From a virus, in IMG/VR virus record IMGVR_UViG_2820651690_000008, positions 1 to 31,054 of that record: a stretch of DNA of 31,054 nt; one strand, given 5' to 3'. Position 1 is the first letter of the stretch. Each line of letters opens with the position of its first letter. Positions 15,004 through 22,765 of the stretch are shown piece by piece. Position numbers and translations under genes: made by a program. A model generated the notes under the pieces. The model ran no database searches and was not told the origin of the DNA. It was given only the letters and a program-made list of their open reading frames with translations.

Positions 15004-15541
15004 AGCAGTAAATGAATTGATTAATGGTAATTTGATAAAAGTTCCGAATGAAGATTTGAATCAAATAATAATAAAAGCCGTAAGCGAATATTTAAACAAT
15101 CAATATCATCGGCAGTATTTTCTCGACGATGTAATTGGTAAAAATTATCAATTGGCGCAAGATATAGTGAAAATGATTAAAGATGCTACTGGTGAGATTA
15201 CGCCAGATGACGTGAAGGAAATTATTAAAGACAGAGCTATAAATTATATAGAAGATTGTATTCTTGATAAATTATTGTTTAAAGATAATCACGCTCCAGT
15301 TCCTGAGTTCCAAAAAGTAATTGATGGTGTATTCAAAAGTGAAGAATTAAAATTAGCCGTTCATAATAGAGCCATAAAATTGACAGAAGAAATGGAAGAT
15401 ATTGATTTAAACTGGAATGCAATTATGAATGAAATTATAATTGATTTTGTTAAATATAATATATTTACTCATCATAGTATCCATCAAGCAATTGACGACA
15501 AGTTAAGAAACTTATCAAGCAATCTACGAAAAACTTTTTGA
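14975..15541 (+). CDS. hypothetical protein
   Basis: ORF, 188 aa. Confidence 0.5.
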   Translation: MNVTIQISDEAVNELINGNLIKVPNEDLNQIIIKAVSEYLNNQYHRQYFLDDVIGKNYQLAQDIVKMIKDATGEITPDDVKEIIKDRAINYIEDCILDKLLFKDNHAPVPEFQKVIDGVFKSEELKLAVHNRAIKLTEEMEDIDLNWNAIMNEIIIDFVKYNIFTHHSIHQAIDDKLRNLSSNLRKTF

Positions 15542-15551
15542 CACAAATAAC

Positions 15552-15590
15552 ACCCGCTTTTCCTGCTTATTATTTAATTGCGGGTTTTTT
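15552..15590 (+). terminator. putative terminator (long-loop hairpin + T6)
   Basis: ACCCGC ... GCGGGT followed by TTTTTT. Confidence 0.4.
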
Positions 15591-15610
15591 GACATATAAT
15601 ATTAGAATAG

Positions 15611-15826
15611 GTGATTATTATAAATGTTAAAATTCAATATGAAGAAGCTCACGAATGTTATAATATACAAGTATTTATACCAAAAAATGTATTAGATATT
15701 TATGACAATGAAACATTAAAAAAAATTATAAAAGGTTGTATAATCGAACATATTGATGATAATTTTAATATGCACGAATTAGATAATAATATCTTGAATA
15801 AATCAAGCGGGGGCAAATTAAGATGA
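15611..15826 (+). CDS. hypothetical protein (GTG start)
   Basis: ORF. Confidence 0.35.
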   Translation: MIIINVKIQYEEAHECYNIQVFIPKNVLDIYDNETLKKIIKGCIIEHIDDNFNMHELDNNILNKSSGGKLR

Positions 15827-15999
15827 CTAACGAAGAAATTATGCAATTTAAGTGTAATATTTTTGAAGATAAATTAAGTGAAGTCATGGAAGAAGTATAT
15901 AATATTTATTCTGCGGCAGATGACCAATTGCAAAAATATGCTATACATATTGTTGAAAGATTGGGAAATGGAGATATCAAGGAATACGGCAGAATTTAA
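15823..15999 (+). CDS. hypothetical 58-aa protein
   Basis: ATG overlapping the upstream stop (ATGA); below the ORF-track cutoff. Confidence 0.3.
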   Translation: MTNEEIMQFKCNIFEDKLSEVMEEVYNIYSAADDQLQKYAIHIVERLGNGDIKEYGRI

Positions 16000-16070
16000 A
16001 TTCAAACAAAACTTAATGAAGAATGTTTAGAAATAACTCAAGCTTATTGAAGGTTCCAGCTGGGGAATGA

Positions 16071-16316
16071 TTGAAAATGAATATAGTTAAACATGGTAAG
16101 ATTAAAAAAGGGACAAAACTAGCTAAAATTTTTAGATGCAATAATTGCGAATGCATATTTGTAGCGAATAAAGATGAATATTATATTACAGTAGAATGGT
16201 ATGAATATGAATATTCAAATACTGTAAGATGGCACGGAGATATTTATTATATGTGCAATTGTCCAGAATGTAATTTTAAAGCTTATGAAAAACGATTATC
16301 GGGTAAAAATCATTGA
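16071..16316 (+). CDS. zinc-ribbon protein (CNNCEC ... CNCPEC)
   Basis: two Cys clusters. Confidence 0.45.
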   Translation: MKMNIVKHGKIKKGTKLAKIFRCNNCECIFVANKDEYYITVEWYEYEYSNTVRWHGDIYYMCNCPECNFKAYEKRLSGKNH

Positions 16317-16374
16317 CTATATTTATTTGGATACGGCGTCTTTGTGATTCATTTAAAAAAAAGAGAGGCGAAAG

Positions 16375-16554
16375 ATGAATATTAAGATTTGTAAAAGATG
16401 TAATCATTCTCAAGAATTGAAAGGTAAATTATATTGTCTTAAAGATTTAAATCCTAAGTATCGTCCTAATGATATTGTCCCATTGTGTAGAAAAATAGAA
16501 TCATGTGATTTGATTGAGGATACCCCAAAAAAAATGTTAGGTGATAAAAAATGA
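16375..16554 (+). CDS. 59-aa zinc-ribbon mini-protein
   Basis: RBS AGAGAGGCGAAAG then ATG; CKRC ... C ... C pattern; stop overlaps the next start. Confidence 0.35.
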   Translation: MNIKICKRCNHSQELKGKLYCLKDLNPKYRPNDIVPLCRKIESCDLIEDTPKKMLGDKK

Positions 16555-16769
16555 TTAATGAAATGTTGCTAACAAGTAAAGACATTGAGCAAGTTCTGTC
16601 AAAAACAGAACCAATAATAAATGATTATAATCTTTGTAAGACGGTAGAGAGCCGGGAATTATTGGCTGAGTATATTTTTGGTAAAGTTCGCCATGCGTTG
16701 CATATGCTTCGAGTTGTTAATTACAAAGATAATAATTTGACTGATAAATATGTAGATGAGTTGAGCTAA
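16551..16769 (+). CDS. hypothetical protein
   Basis: ORF. Confidence 0.45.
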   Translation: MINEMLLTSKDIEQVLSKTEPIINDYNLCKTVESRELLAEYIFGKVRHALHMLRVVNYKDNNLTDKYVDELS

Positions 16770-16868
16770 TAGACGGGACTGATTAAAATAAATATAATTG
16801 AATATAGCAATATATAAATATTGTTAAACATAATTTAAACATAATTTAAATTGAAAACAATCCCATTA

Positions 16869-16902
16869 ACCCCGCTTATCAATTGATTTAGCGGGCTTTT
16901 TA
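16869..16902 (+). terminator. rho-independent terminator
   Basis: CCCGCT-13 nt-AGCGGG followed by CTTTTT. Confidence 0.55.
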
Positions 16903-16911
16903 TTGTATAAT
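16883..16911 (+). promoter_or_regulatory. candidate promoter TTGATT-17-TATAAT overlapping the terminator
   Basis: hexamers at 16883-16888 and 16906-16911. Confidence 0.3.
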
Positions 16912-16936
16912 AGAAATAAAAACCGAGGTTATGTAT

Positions 16937-17065
16937 ATGAATTACATAATAGAAAGACAATTACAATTGCCAGATACGATAGAGGGTTTAAGTAAATTTG
17001 TTCTTATATCAATTGAAAAGGTTAGCGCGATACGTGCAGAAATCCGGGCTATAAAAAACCGATGA
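16937..17065 (+). CDS. 42-aa hypothetical ORF
   Basis: ATG 8 nt after GAGG. Confidence 0.2.
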   Translation: MNYIIERQLQLPDTIEGLSKFVLISIEKVSAIRAEIRAIKNR

Positions 17066-17124
17066 AGACCCTGATAATGAAAATGATTAAAAAGTAAACA
17101 GGTCGCAAAATTAAACATTGCCTA

Positions 17125-17153
17125 TTGAAATATTGATAAGCCTATTGTATAAT
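17125..17153 (+). promoter_or_regulatory. promoter TTGAAA-17-TATAAT for the replication module
   Basis: hexamers at 17125-17130 and 17148-17153; flanked by a CCTATTG direct repeat. Confidence 0.5.
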
Positions 17154-17194
17154 TATATATGAGAAATTACCAAAAACATATTGAGGAGATTATA

Positions 17195-17569
17195 ATGGGT
17201 TATATTACAATTGATAATATTGATTCAGTTATGAAAGAAATGCAAGAAGATAGTTTTTATATTCCTAAAGTGCTTTTTAAGGACAAGAAATATAAAAAGA
17301 TTAGCGTTGATAGCAAAATATTATACGGTCTATTGTTAGACAGACAAATTCAAATCAAAAAAGAGTTTAATGATCCTATAATTAATAAAATTTACTTTAG
17401 TTATGCATTAAACGAAATTGCAAATGATTTAGGATGTAGTTGCAATAAAGCACTTAAATTATTAAACGAATTATTGAGTGTTGATCTCGTTGAAAAGCAA
17501 AAACAAACGATTGGAAAACCCGCTATGCTTTATGTGAACGAATTAGGCTTAGAGGGTATTGAGATATGA
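17195..17569 (+). CDS. RepA_N-like replication initiator N-terminal domain protein
   Basis: ATG 17195 after GAGGAG; pattern FYIPKVLF ... ISVDSKILYGLLLDR ... Y ... NEIANDLGCS ... A ... L ... L ... GKPAMLYV resembles firmicute RepA_N. Confidence 0.55.
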   Translation: MGYITIDNIDSVMKEMQEDSFYIPKVLFKDKKYKKISVDSKILYGLLLDRQIQIKKEFNDPIINKIYFSYALNEIANDLGCSCNKALKLLNELLSVDLVEKQKQTIGKPAMLYVNELGLEGIEI

Positions 17570-17826
17570 AAATAAATATGGAAAAATTTGAAAAATTTAA
17601 TCGTTGTGGATATGGAGTTTCACCATCCTTATTGCATAAAGATCAAAACTTAACAATTGAAGCTAAAGGCATTTATTGTTATTTTATGTGTTTTCTAATG
17701 ACTGTCAACAATGAACCTTGTTTACAGCTACCTAAAGTTGAAGAGATAGTTAAAGACCTGAATATATCTGAAAATAGATACTATAAACATTTGAAGTTGC
17801 TAAAAGAAAATGAATATATAATTTAA
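17566..17826 (+). CDS. short paralogue of the replisome-organizer HTH domain
   Basis: GYGVSPSLLHKDQNLTIEAKGIYCY ... YYKHLKLLKENEYI parallels the 18055 product N-terminus (GYGNSPKILHKDRRLTMEAKEIYCY ... FYRHFQLLKDYGYI). Confidence 0.45.
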   Translation: MKINMEKFEKFNRCGYGVSPSLLHKDQNLTIEAKGIYCYFMCFLMTVNNEPCLQLPKVEEIVKDLNISENRYYKHLKLLKENEYII

Positions 17827-17949
17827 AGAATTAATTGGCTAAATGTATTATTTTGTTTGTGGATTTTACTTTTGGGCAATTCTAGATTTACATTGAACTA
17901 ATTATAATATATACTAACTACATAGTGCAAAACGCAGTCGCGAGCGTTG

Positions 17950-17981
17950 AGGTAGGCATTTCCTATTCACCTACCTTTTTA
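17950..17981 (+). terminator. rho-independent terminator
   Basis: AGGTAGG-13 nt-CCTACCT followed by TTTT. Confidence 0.5.
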
Positions 17982-18054
17982 AGCACTAATTTTTTTATGA
18001 AGAATAGGAAAAAGGATAAAAATAAAATTTATTAAATGAATAGGAGTCTTTATA

Positions 18055-18915
18055 ATGAAAGATGATGAAATAAGAGATCGATTAGAAGTCGATGGTATTT
18101 TAGCCATGGGATATGGCAATAGTCCGAAAATATTGCATAAAGATCGTAGATTAACTATGGAAGCAAAGGAAATTTATTGTTACTTATCAAGTTATTGCGG
18201 TGGTGGTTCAGTTGCATTCCCAAGCCGTAAAACCATTTTATATGATTTAGTTACATCAGAAACTAGATTTTATAGGCATTTCCAGTTACTAAAAGATTAT
18301 GGATATATAGAAGTTACACGTATTAGAAAAAATAATAAATTCGGACATAATGTTTACAAATTAATTCAAAATCCTTCTCTATGCCCTCGTTTTGAAGGCA
18401 TAGAAAATGAATGCATACAAAAACAATGCATAGAAAATGAGGGCACTAATAAAAACAGTACTAATAAAAACAAAAAAAATAAAAACAACAACAACATTAC
18501 AGATCAAATTTCAAACACTGATACTTCTCAGTCCTCAAACGTTGTTGTTGTTAAAGACTTTCTTTTTGAAGACTCTTCTATGATTCCACACAGATCAGTT
18601 GACAACAGTTCTGGGGTGGAGTCGGTTGACATACAAGCGATTGATGATTTAATTAAGAAATATATAACTCCGAAACAAGATATAGATCATGCCAGCCTGA
18701 AAAGTATAAGTGCTGCCAGCGGGTTTAGCATGGAAAGATTAGAGAAAATACTAAAAACAGTACAAGGACAAGAAAATAAAATTAGGGGGATTGTCGGTTG
18801 GCTTATTAAAGCTATCAGTAACCCCGCTTTTGATTTAAGCAAAGTTGAGATTGAAGAAAAAAAATATGAACCGGTTAAGAAAGAAAAAAAAGGGCTGGAT
18901 AGATGGCAGAATTGA
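18055..18915 (+). CDS. phage replisome organizer / replication initiator (N-terminal HTH, N/K-rich linker, C-terminal DnaD-like region)
   Basis: N-terminal motif as for 17566; low-complexity linker contains the iteron array; C-terminal IVGWLIKAI-type region. Confidence 0.55.
   Translation: MKDDEIRDRLEVDGILAMGYGNSPKILHKDRRLTMEAKEIYCYLSSYCGGGSVAFPSRKTILYDLVTSETRFYRHFQLLKDYGYIEVTRIRKNNKFGHNVYKLIQNPSLCPRFEGIENECIQKQCIENEGTNKNSTNKNKKNKNNNNITDQISNTDTSQSSNVVVVKDFLFEDSSMIPHRSVDNSSGVESVDIQAIDDLIKKYITPKQDIDHASLKSISAASGFSMERLEKILKTVQGQENKIRGIVGWLIKAISNPAFDLSKVEIEEKKYEPVKKEKKGLDRWQN
18396..18490. repeat. six tandem 15-bp units (3x ATGCATAGAAAATGA-like + 3x ACTAATAAAAACA-like): candidate replication origin inside the initiator gene
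   Basis: direct reading shows 15-bp periodicity over ~95 bp; it codes for the IENECIQKQCIENE...NKNSTNKNKKNKNN linker. Confidence 0.5.
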
Positions 18916-18922
18916 GGTGGCA

Positions 18923-19591
18923 ATGAATAAATGGGAAGAACGTTTTGAGGATGATGCATTTGAAACTATATGTTGCACATATAATAGTGATGAGTACAGC
19001 TTATACGAAAAAAAATGTATCTGGTTCTGTGAAACTATTTTAAATTTTGCGGCATACGACGACGATATAAGTCTAAAATGGGGTAAAATAATAATTGAAG
19101 TTATGAAAGTTATCTACAGACGACAAAATTTTGAATATATTAAAGATAAATCAAATTATGAAAAATATTTAATGGTTGCCAATATATTAAATAAGCTTGG
19201 AATTATTGAATGGGGTACAAGTATTAGGGGTGCCTGGTTTGATATTGGAAAGATGGAACCTCATTATGCATTAGGGAATCAGCCTTTATTTAATGACGAG
19301 GATGAGCTTGAACAATTTCTATTTGAATTCATGGCAGAAAATGAAACTGAAGTTAAGGAATATCAATTGAATAAATCAAAGAAAAAGCCTGAACAAGAAA
19401 TAGAATTTGCTACTATAGTTTCCATACCAGATTCAATGATAGAAGATGCAAAATCTAATTCTGATTATAATATATGGGAAGAATATGTCAAAGAATTTCA
19501 ATCAATGATTAACAGTGCAATCATTGAAGCTAGGAAAAATGATCCTGAAGAAAAATTTATAAGATTAGATTTGAGGGATTTAAAACTATGA
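18923..19591 (+). CDS. hypothetical protein
   Basis: ATG after GAGGTGG; no recognisable motifs. Confidence 0.45.
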   Translation: MNKWEERFEDDAFETICCTYNSDEYSLYEKKCIWFCETILNFAAYDDDISLKWGKIIIEVMKVIYRRQNFEYIKDKSNYEKYLMVANILNKLGIIEWGTSIRGAWFDIGKMEPHYALGNQPLFNDEDELEQFLFEFMAENETEVKEYQLNKSKKKPEQEIEFATIVSIPDSMIEDAKSNSDYNIWEEYVKEFQSMINSAIIEARKNDPEEKFIRLDLRDLKL

Positions 19592-19905
19592 GAATTGAAT
19601 ATCCATATCAATATGAAAAGTCAAAAAAAAGAGTTAAGCAATTTCTTGAAGAATTAGCCGACTTATCTTATAAGCATAATTTCAAGATAGAACTTTGTGG
19701 CGATGATATAATAATCAGTAATTTTTATGGTGATGATTGTGTTGCTAATAATTTGCATTTTATCAGTGACAAATGTGCTTATTCATGTAAAATTAGTTGG
19801 ACTGAAAAAATAAATCGTGCTGAGTTAATCGAATCAAAGAGTTATTTAGAATATATAAATGATCCTATTAAAATTAGAAAAGATGAAATACACAAGACTT
19901 CGTAA
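19588..19905 (+). CDS. hypothetical protein
   Basis: ORF. Confidence 0.45.
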   Translation: MRIEYPYQYEKSKKRVKQFLEELADLSYKHNFKIELCGDDIIISNFYGDDCVANNLHFISDKCAYSCKISWTEKINRAELIESKSYLEYINDPIKIRKDEIHKTS

Positions 19906-19950
19906 AATTTATCTTTTGCGACGATTTAACGTATACAAGGGATTGATAAT

Positions 19951-20256
19951 ATGGGATTCGATATTCATGTTGAAAGCAGGAAAACACCTGAATATTGGAA
20001 TAACAGGTCAATATTTAAAGATCAGACTAAGGTTGGCATGCAAGACAAAATAACTAGAGACGATGGCAAACAGATTTATAGATATATAAGCGTAACGTCT
20101 GAATTTGAAAAATATATAAATGCAAGCGATATATATTATGGCAAAAAAGCATTGAAGCGATGGGAAAAAGTAAAGTACTTGATCAAGGGAAAAGAATATA
20201 AAAAAATCAAAAAAATATTGAAAGAGCCTGAGAGTGAAATGTGGGCTTCGTGGTGA
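19951..20256 (+). CDS. hypothetical basic protein
   Basis: ORF. Confidence 0.4.
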   Translation: MGFDIHVESRKTPEYWNNRSIFKDQTKVGMQDKITRDDGKQIYRYISVTSEFEKYINASDIYYGKKALKRWEKVKYLIKGKEYKKIKKILKEPESEMWASW

Positions 20257-20259
20257 CTT

Positions 20260-20496
20260 ATGAATGCAAAAATTTATAATGGCAAGGTTGATAAAACTAA
20301 AATAAAAATTTATAAGATTGCTGAATATGTTAAAGAAGGCCAAAGATGTAATGATTGTGAAAATAGTCATGATTGTACTATAATAAAAAACATAAACGAG
20401 ATGGAAAAGAAGCTTGAGAAAATTAAATATTTAAAAGCCGTAAAGATTGAATTCTGTTGTGATAAACTTCTTATGTTGCACCGAAATGGATGGTGA
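20260..20496 (+). CDS. hypothetical Cys-containing protein
   Basis: ORF with CNDCENSHDC. Confidence 0.4.
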   Translation: MNAKIYNGKVDKTKIKIYKIAEYVKEGQRCNDCENSHDCTIIKNINEMEKKLEKIKYLKAVKIEFCCDKLLMLHRNGW

Positions 20497-20500
20497 AATT

Positions 20501-20698
20501 ATGAAATCAGCCAACAGAATAAAAAGAGAGAAAGACTTTAAAAAATTCATGCAAGAACTCGAACGGATTTCATTAAAATATAAATTCGTTATTTCTGGAT
20601 GTGAAAAAGATCGTACAACAGTTTATGAATTAGACGAGGCTTGGGACGAATCTAAATTGATATATGGTGAATATGAATATGAAATTGCGGATTCATGA
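20501..20698 (+). CDS. hypothetical protein
   Basis: ATG 20501 after GGTGA. Confidence 0.4.
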   Translation: MKSANRIKREKDFKKFMQELERISLKYKFVISGCEKDRTTVYELDEAWDESKLIYGEYEYEIADS

Positions 20699-20714
20699 AA
20701 AATGGTGACATGGT

Positions 20715-21239
20715 ATGAGCAAAGTATTGGACAAAATAACTGAAAAGGCTGTTAATGCTTTGCTTAGCACATTTAGCCTGAATACATTGAAGAATTGGGC
20801 TAAAATGACATTGGATGAAAAAGCAAAAAAGCTGAAAGAATATTATCTGAAGCTTGGTGTAAACATTGGGATAGATGCAAAAGGTGTTGTTGTTGAAGAT
20901 TTAGAAAGCAAATTTGGAAAAGGTTCACAAGGATATAATAAAGGGGACGGATATCTTCACATAGATAAATCATATGTAAATCAACCGGATAACGTGACCG
21001 ATGTAATTACTACGATTACACACGAAGCGCGACATCAAATTCAGTCTGAAGCGATTGATGATCCTTCTAAGTTTCCAGAGATCCCGCTCGGGACTATAGC
21101 AGAATGGGAAGACAATATGATTAATTATGATGATGGTAGTTTTGGATATGAGTCTTATTATTATCAGGTCGTTGAGGTTGACGCTCGGGTGTTTGGCGCA
21201 GATGTTGTATACGAAGCTTTGAAAAGACTGGGATTGTGA
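20715..21239 (+). CDS. putative zinc metallopeptidase-like protein (HExxH)
   Basis: ITHEARHQIQSE contains HEARH; there is a downstream acidic residue run; family unresolved. Confidence 0.4.
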   Translation: MSKVLDKITEKAVNALLSTFSLNTLKNWAKMTLDEKAKKLKEYYLKLGVNIGIDAKGVVVEDLESKFGKGSQGYNKGDGYLHIDKSYVNQPDNVTDVITTITHEARHQIQSEAIDDPSKFPEIPLGTIAEWEDNMINYDDGSFGYESYYYQVVEVDARVFGADVVYEALKRLGL

Positions 21240-21251
21240 GGTATATGATAG

Positions 21252-21578
21252 ATGGAACGGACACATTTACATGAAAAATTATCAAGTGAGATAAAAGGAT
21301 ATAAAAAGCGGGGGGAAAGGATATTGGATAAAATCTATGCAATGGATGAAGAAATTCTGGATTCATTTCGGCATTGGTTTTATACGAATGAAATTGAGGA
21401 TATTGAGGTTGAGGGATATACTGTTCACAGTTTGATGGATAATAATCCTTCGTTGAATGTAGTGGGGGCATTCTTGACATTAGATTGGTTACTTCGTGAA
21501 CCTTGTAAAGCAAAGGAAATGATTCATGAAAATCGGATAAGGGATTCTGTGGTAAGACGGAGAATGAAAAATGAATAA
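21252..21578 (+). CDS. hypothetical protein
   Basis: ORF. Confidence 0.45.
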   Translation: MERTHLHEKLSSEIKGYKKRGERILDKIYAMDEEILDSFRHWFYTNEIEDIEVEGYTVHSLMDNNPSLNVVGAFLTLDWLLREPCKAKEMIHENRIRDSVVRRRMKNE

Positions 21579-21610
21579 TGAACTAATTAAAGTATAAAGG
21601 ATGTAATTCA

Positions 21611-21865
21611 ATGACATTTGGGAAGATATTACCAAAATTTCTGGAAAATATACATACACATATCAGACGTAAATCTTGGGATAAAGATAGAGTACTATAT
21701 CAAGATGAATACGATGGAATAAGAGAAGGTTATCGAGAAGAAATGAAAGATTATATCTCTTTAAGACTATGGGAACCAAGGATTGAGGATCTTAAGGCTG
21801 CTGATTGGGAAATTGAAAAATACAAAAATGTAAAAACAAGACATCGCAAATCAATGATGAATTAA
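21611..21865 (+). CDS. hypothetical protein
   Basis: ORF. Confidence 0.45.
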   Translation: MTFGKILPKFLENIHTHIRRKSWDKDRVLYQDEYDGIREGYREEMKDYISLRLWEPRIEDLKAADWEIEKYKNVKTRHRKSMMN

Positions 21866-21882
21866 AAAAAATTGGTTAGGAG

Positions 21883-22167
21883 ATGAAGAAAATAGCTAAA
21901 TACAGGAAAAAACCGATTGAAATTGAAGCAATACAATATTTAGGATATAATATTAATGAGATTATTGAATTCTGTGGTGAGAGTTTTCAGGCTGATATTT
22001 ATAATCCAAGACTTTATGAAATATCGGGTATCAGGAATGAAAGAATTATGACTCTGGAAGGCGTTATGAATGTTACATATGGTGATTTTATTATAAAAGG
22101 TATAGAAGGTGAATTCTATCCATGTAAAAGCCATATATTTTTTGAAACTTATGAATTAGTTGAATAA
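21883..22167 (+). CDS. hypothetical protein
   Basis: AGGAG RBS then ATG. Confidence 0.45.
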   Translation: MKKIAKYRKKPIEIEAIQYLGYNINEIIEFCGESFQADIYNPRLYEISGIRNERIMTLEGVMNVTYGDFIIKGIEGEFYPCKSHIFFETYELVE

Positions 22168-22238
22168 ATATCTGTAGTTTAATGGATAAAACATAGGGCT
22201 ACCGATACACCTTAACAAAAATATGCGGGCTTCGAGAC

Positions 22239-22263
22239 GACGGTTCGATTCCGTCTATGGTTC
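22239..22263 (+). other. tRNA 3'-end-like fragment (T-arm GACGG-TTCGATT-CCGTC plus 7-nt acceptor 3' strand and a discriminator base)
   Basis: canonical T-loop GGTTCGATTCC; no complementary 5' acceptor strand or D/anticodon arms found upstream. Confidence 0.4.
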
Positions 22264-22291
22264 ATTTAAAATTAAAAGGAGGCTCTGCCAG

Positions 22292-22459
22292 ATGAATGAT
22301 TTTTTAGAATTAGAATTTGATACCCCACAAAAAGCCAGGAAATCAATAGCATGGTTGATTAACGCTTTGCTCAATGAAGAGTTATGTCATTGTGCGTCAA
22401 AGGAAATAAGAAAATATATTGAGTTGAAAGCGAAAATCAAGAATATTACAAGTCAATAA
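22292..22459 (+). CDS. hypothetical small protein
   Basis: ATG 22292 9 nt after AAAAGGAGG; preferred over the upstream-extended ORF at 22223. Confidence 0.45.
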   Translation: MNDFLELEFDTPQKARKSIAWLINALLNEELCHCASKEIRKYIELKAKIKNITSQ

Positions 22460-22577
22460 GATTGTTAGACGATGCTTTTGAAGAAATAAACAAAAATACA
22501 GAAAGCGGAACCGGGATTATAATTAATCTTGATGATATTCCGATTATTGATAAATAAAGTCAATATTAAAAAACAAG

Positions 22578-22632
22578 AAAGTCACTCTTTATTAGCGGGT
22601 AGCAACCGCCATTAAATCAAAAGAGTGGCTTT
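22578..22632 (+). other. compound stem-loop (13-bp outer stem, inner GCGG/CCGC hairpin) upstream of the portal gene
   Basis: AAAGTCACTCTTT pairs with AAAGAGTGGCTTT (one G-U pair); no U-tail. Confidence 0.35.
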
Positions 22633-22765
22633 CTCTGTCTCACAAATAATTATAGCACAATATATTGCAAAATAACGTATTAAATTGCAAAGTAGGTGAT
22701 AAGCAATTAAAGATCAAATAATAAAAATATTAAAAAACGAAGGCTATTACCAAATTGATAATTCA

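Noticed and set aside
15588-15599. TTGACA immediately abutting TATAAT after the 15552-15590 terminator, as a promoter
   Set aside because: There is no spacer between the hexamers, so it cannot function as a -35/-10 pair. The TATAAT alone might act with other upstream sequence, but that is unsupported.
19859-20053. The + strand ORF 19859-20053
   Set aside because: It overlaps both the end of 19588-19905 and the start of 19951-20256 in another frame and is K/R/L-rich. It looks like a spurious overlapping frame.
22170-22265. A complete tRNA gene around the GGTTCGATTCC T-loop
   Set aside because: I could not find a 5' acceptor strand complementary to TATGGTT, nor D and anticodon arms in the expected positions. 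Only the T-arm and 3' acceptor half are present, so it is kept as a fragment.
22223-22291. The upstream-extended start for the 22292 gene (ORF track 22223)
   Set aside because: The extension runs through the tRNA-like fragment and lacks an RBS. The ATG at 22292 has AAAAGGAGG at ideal spacing.
22462-22557. A 31-codon TTG-initiated ORF downstream of the 22292 gene
   Set aside because: No RBS, very short and not protein-like enough to support.
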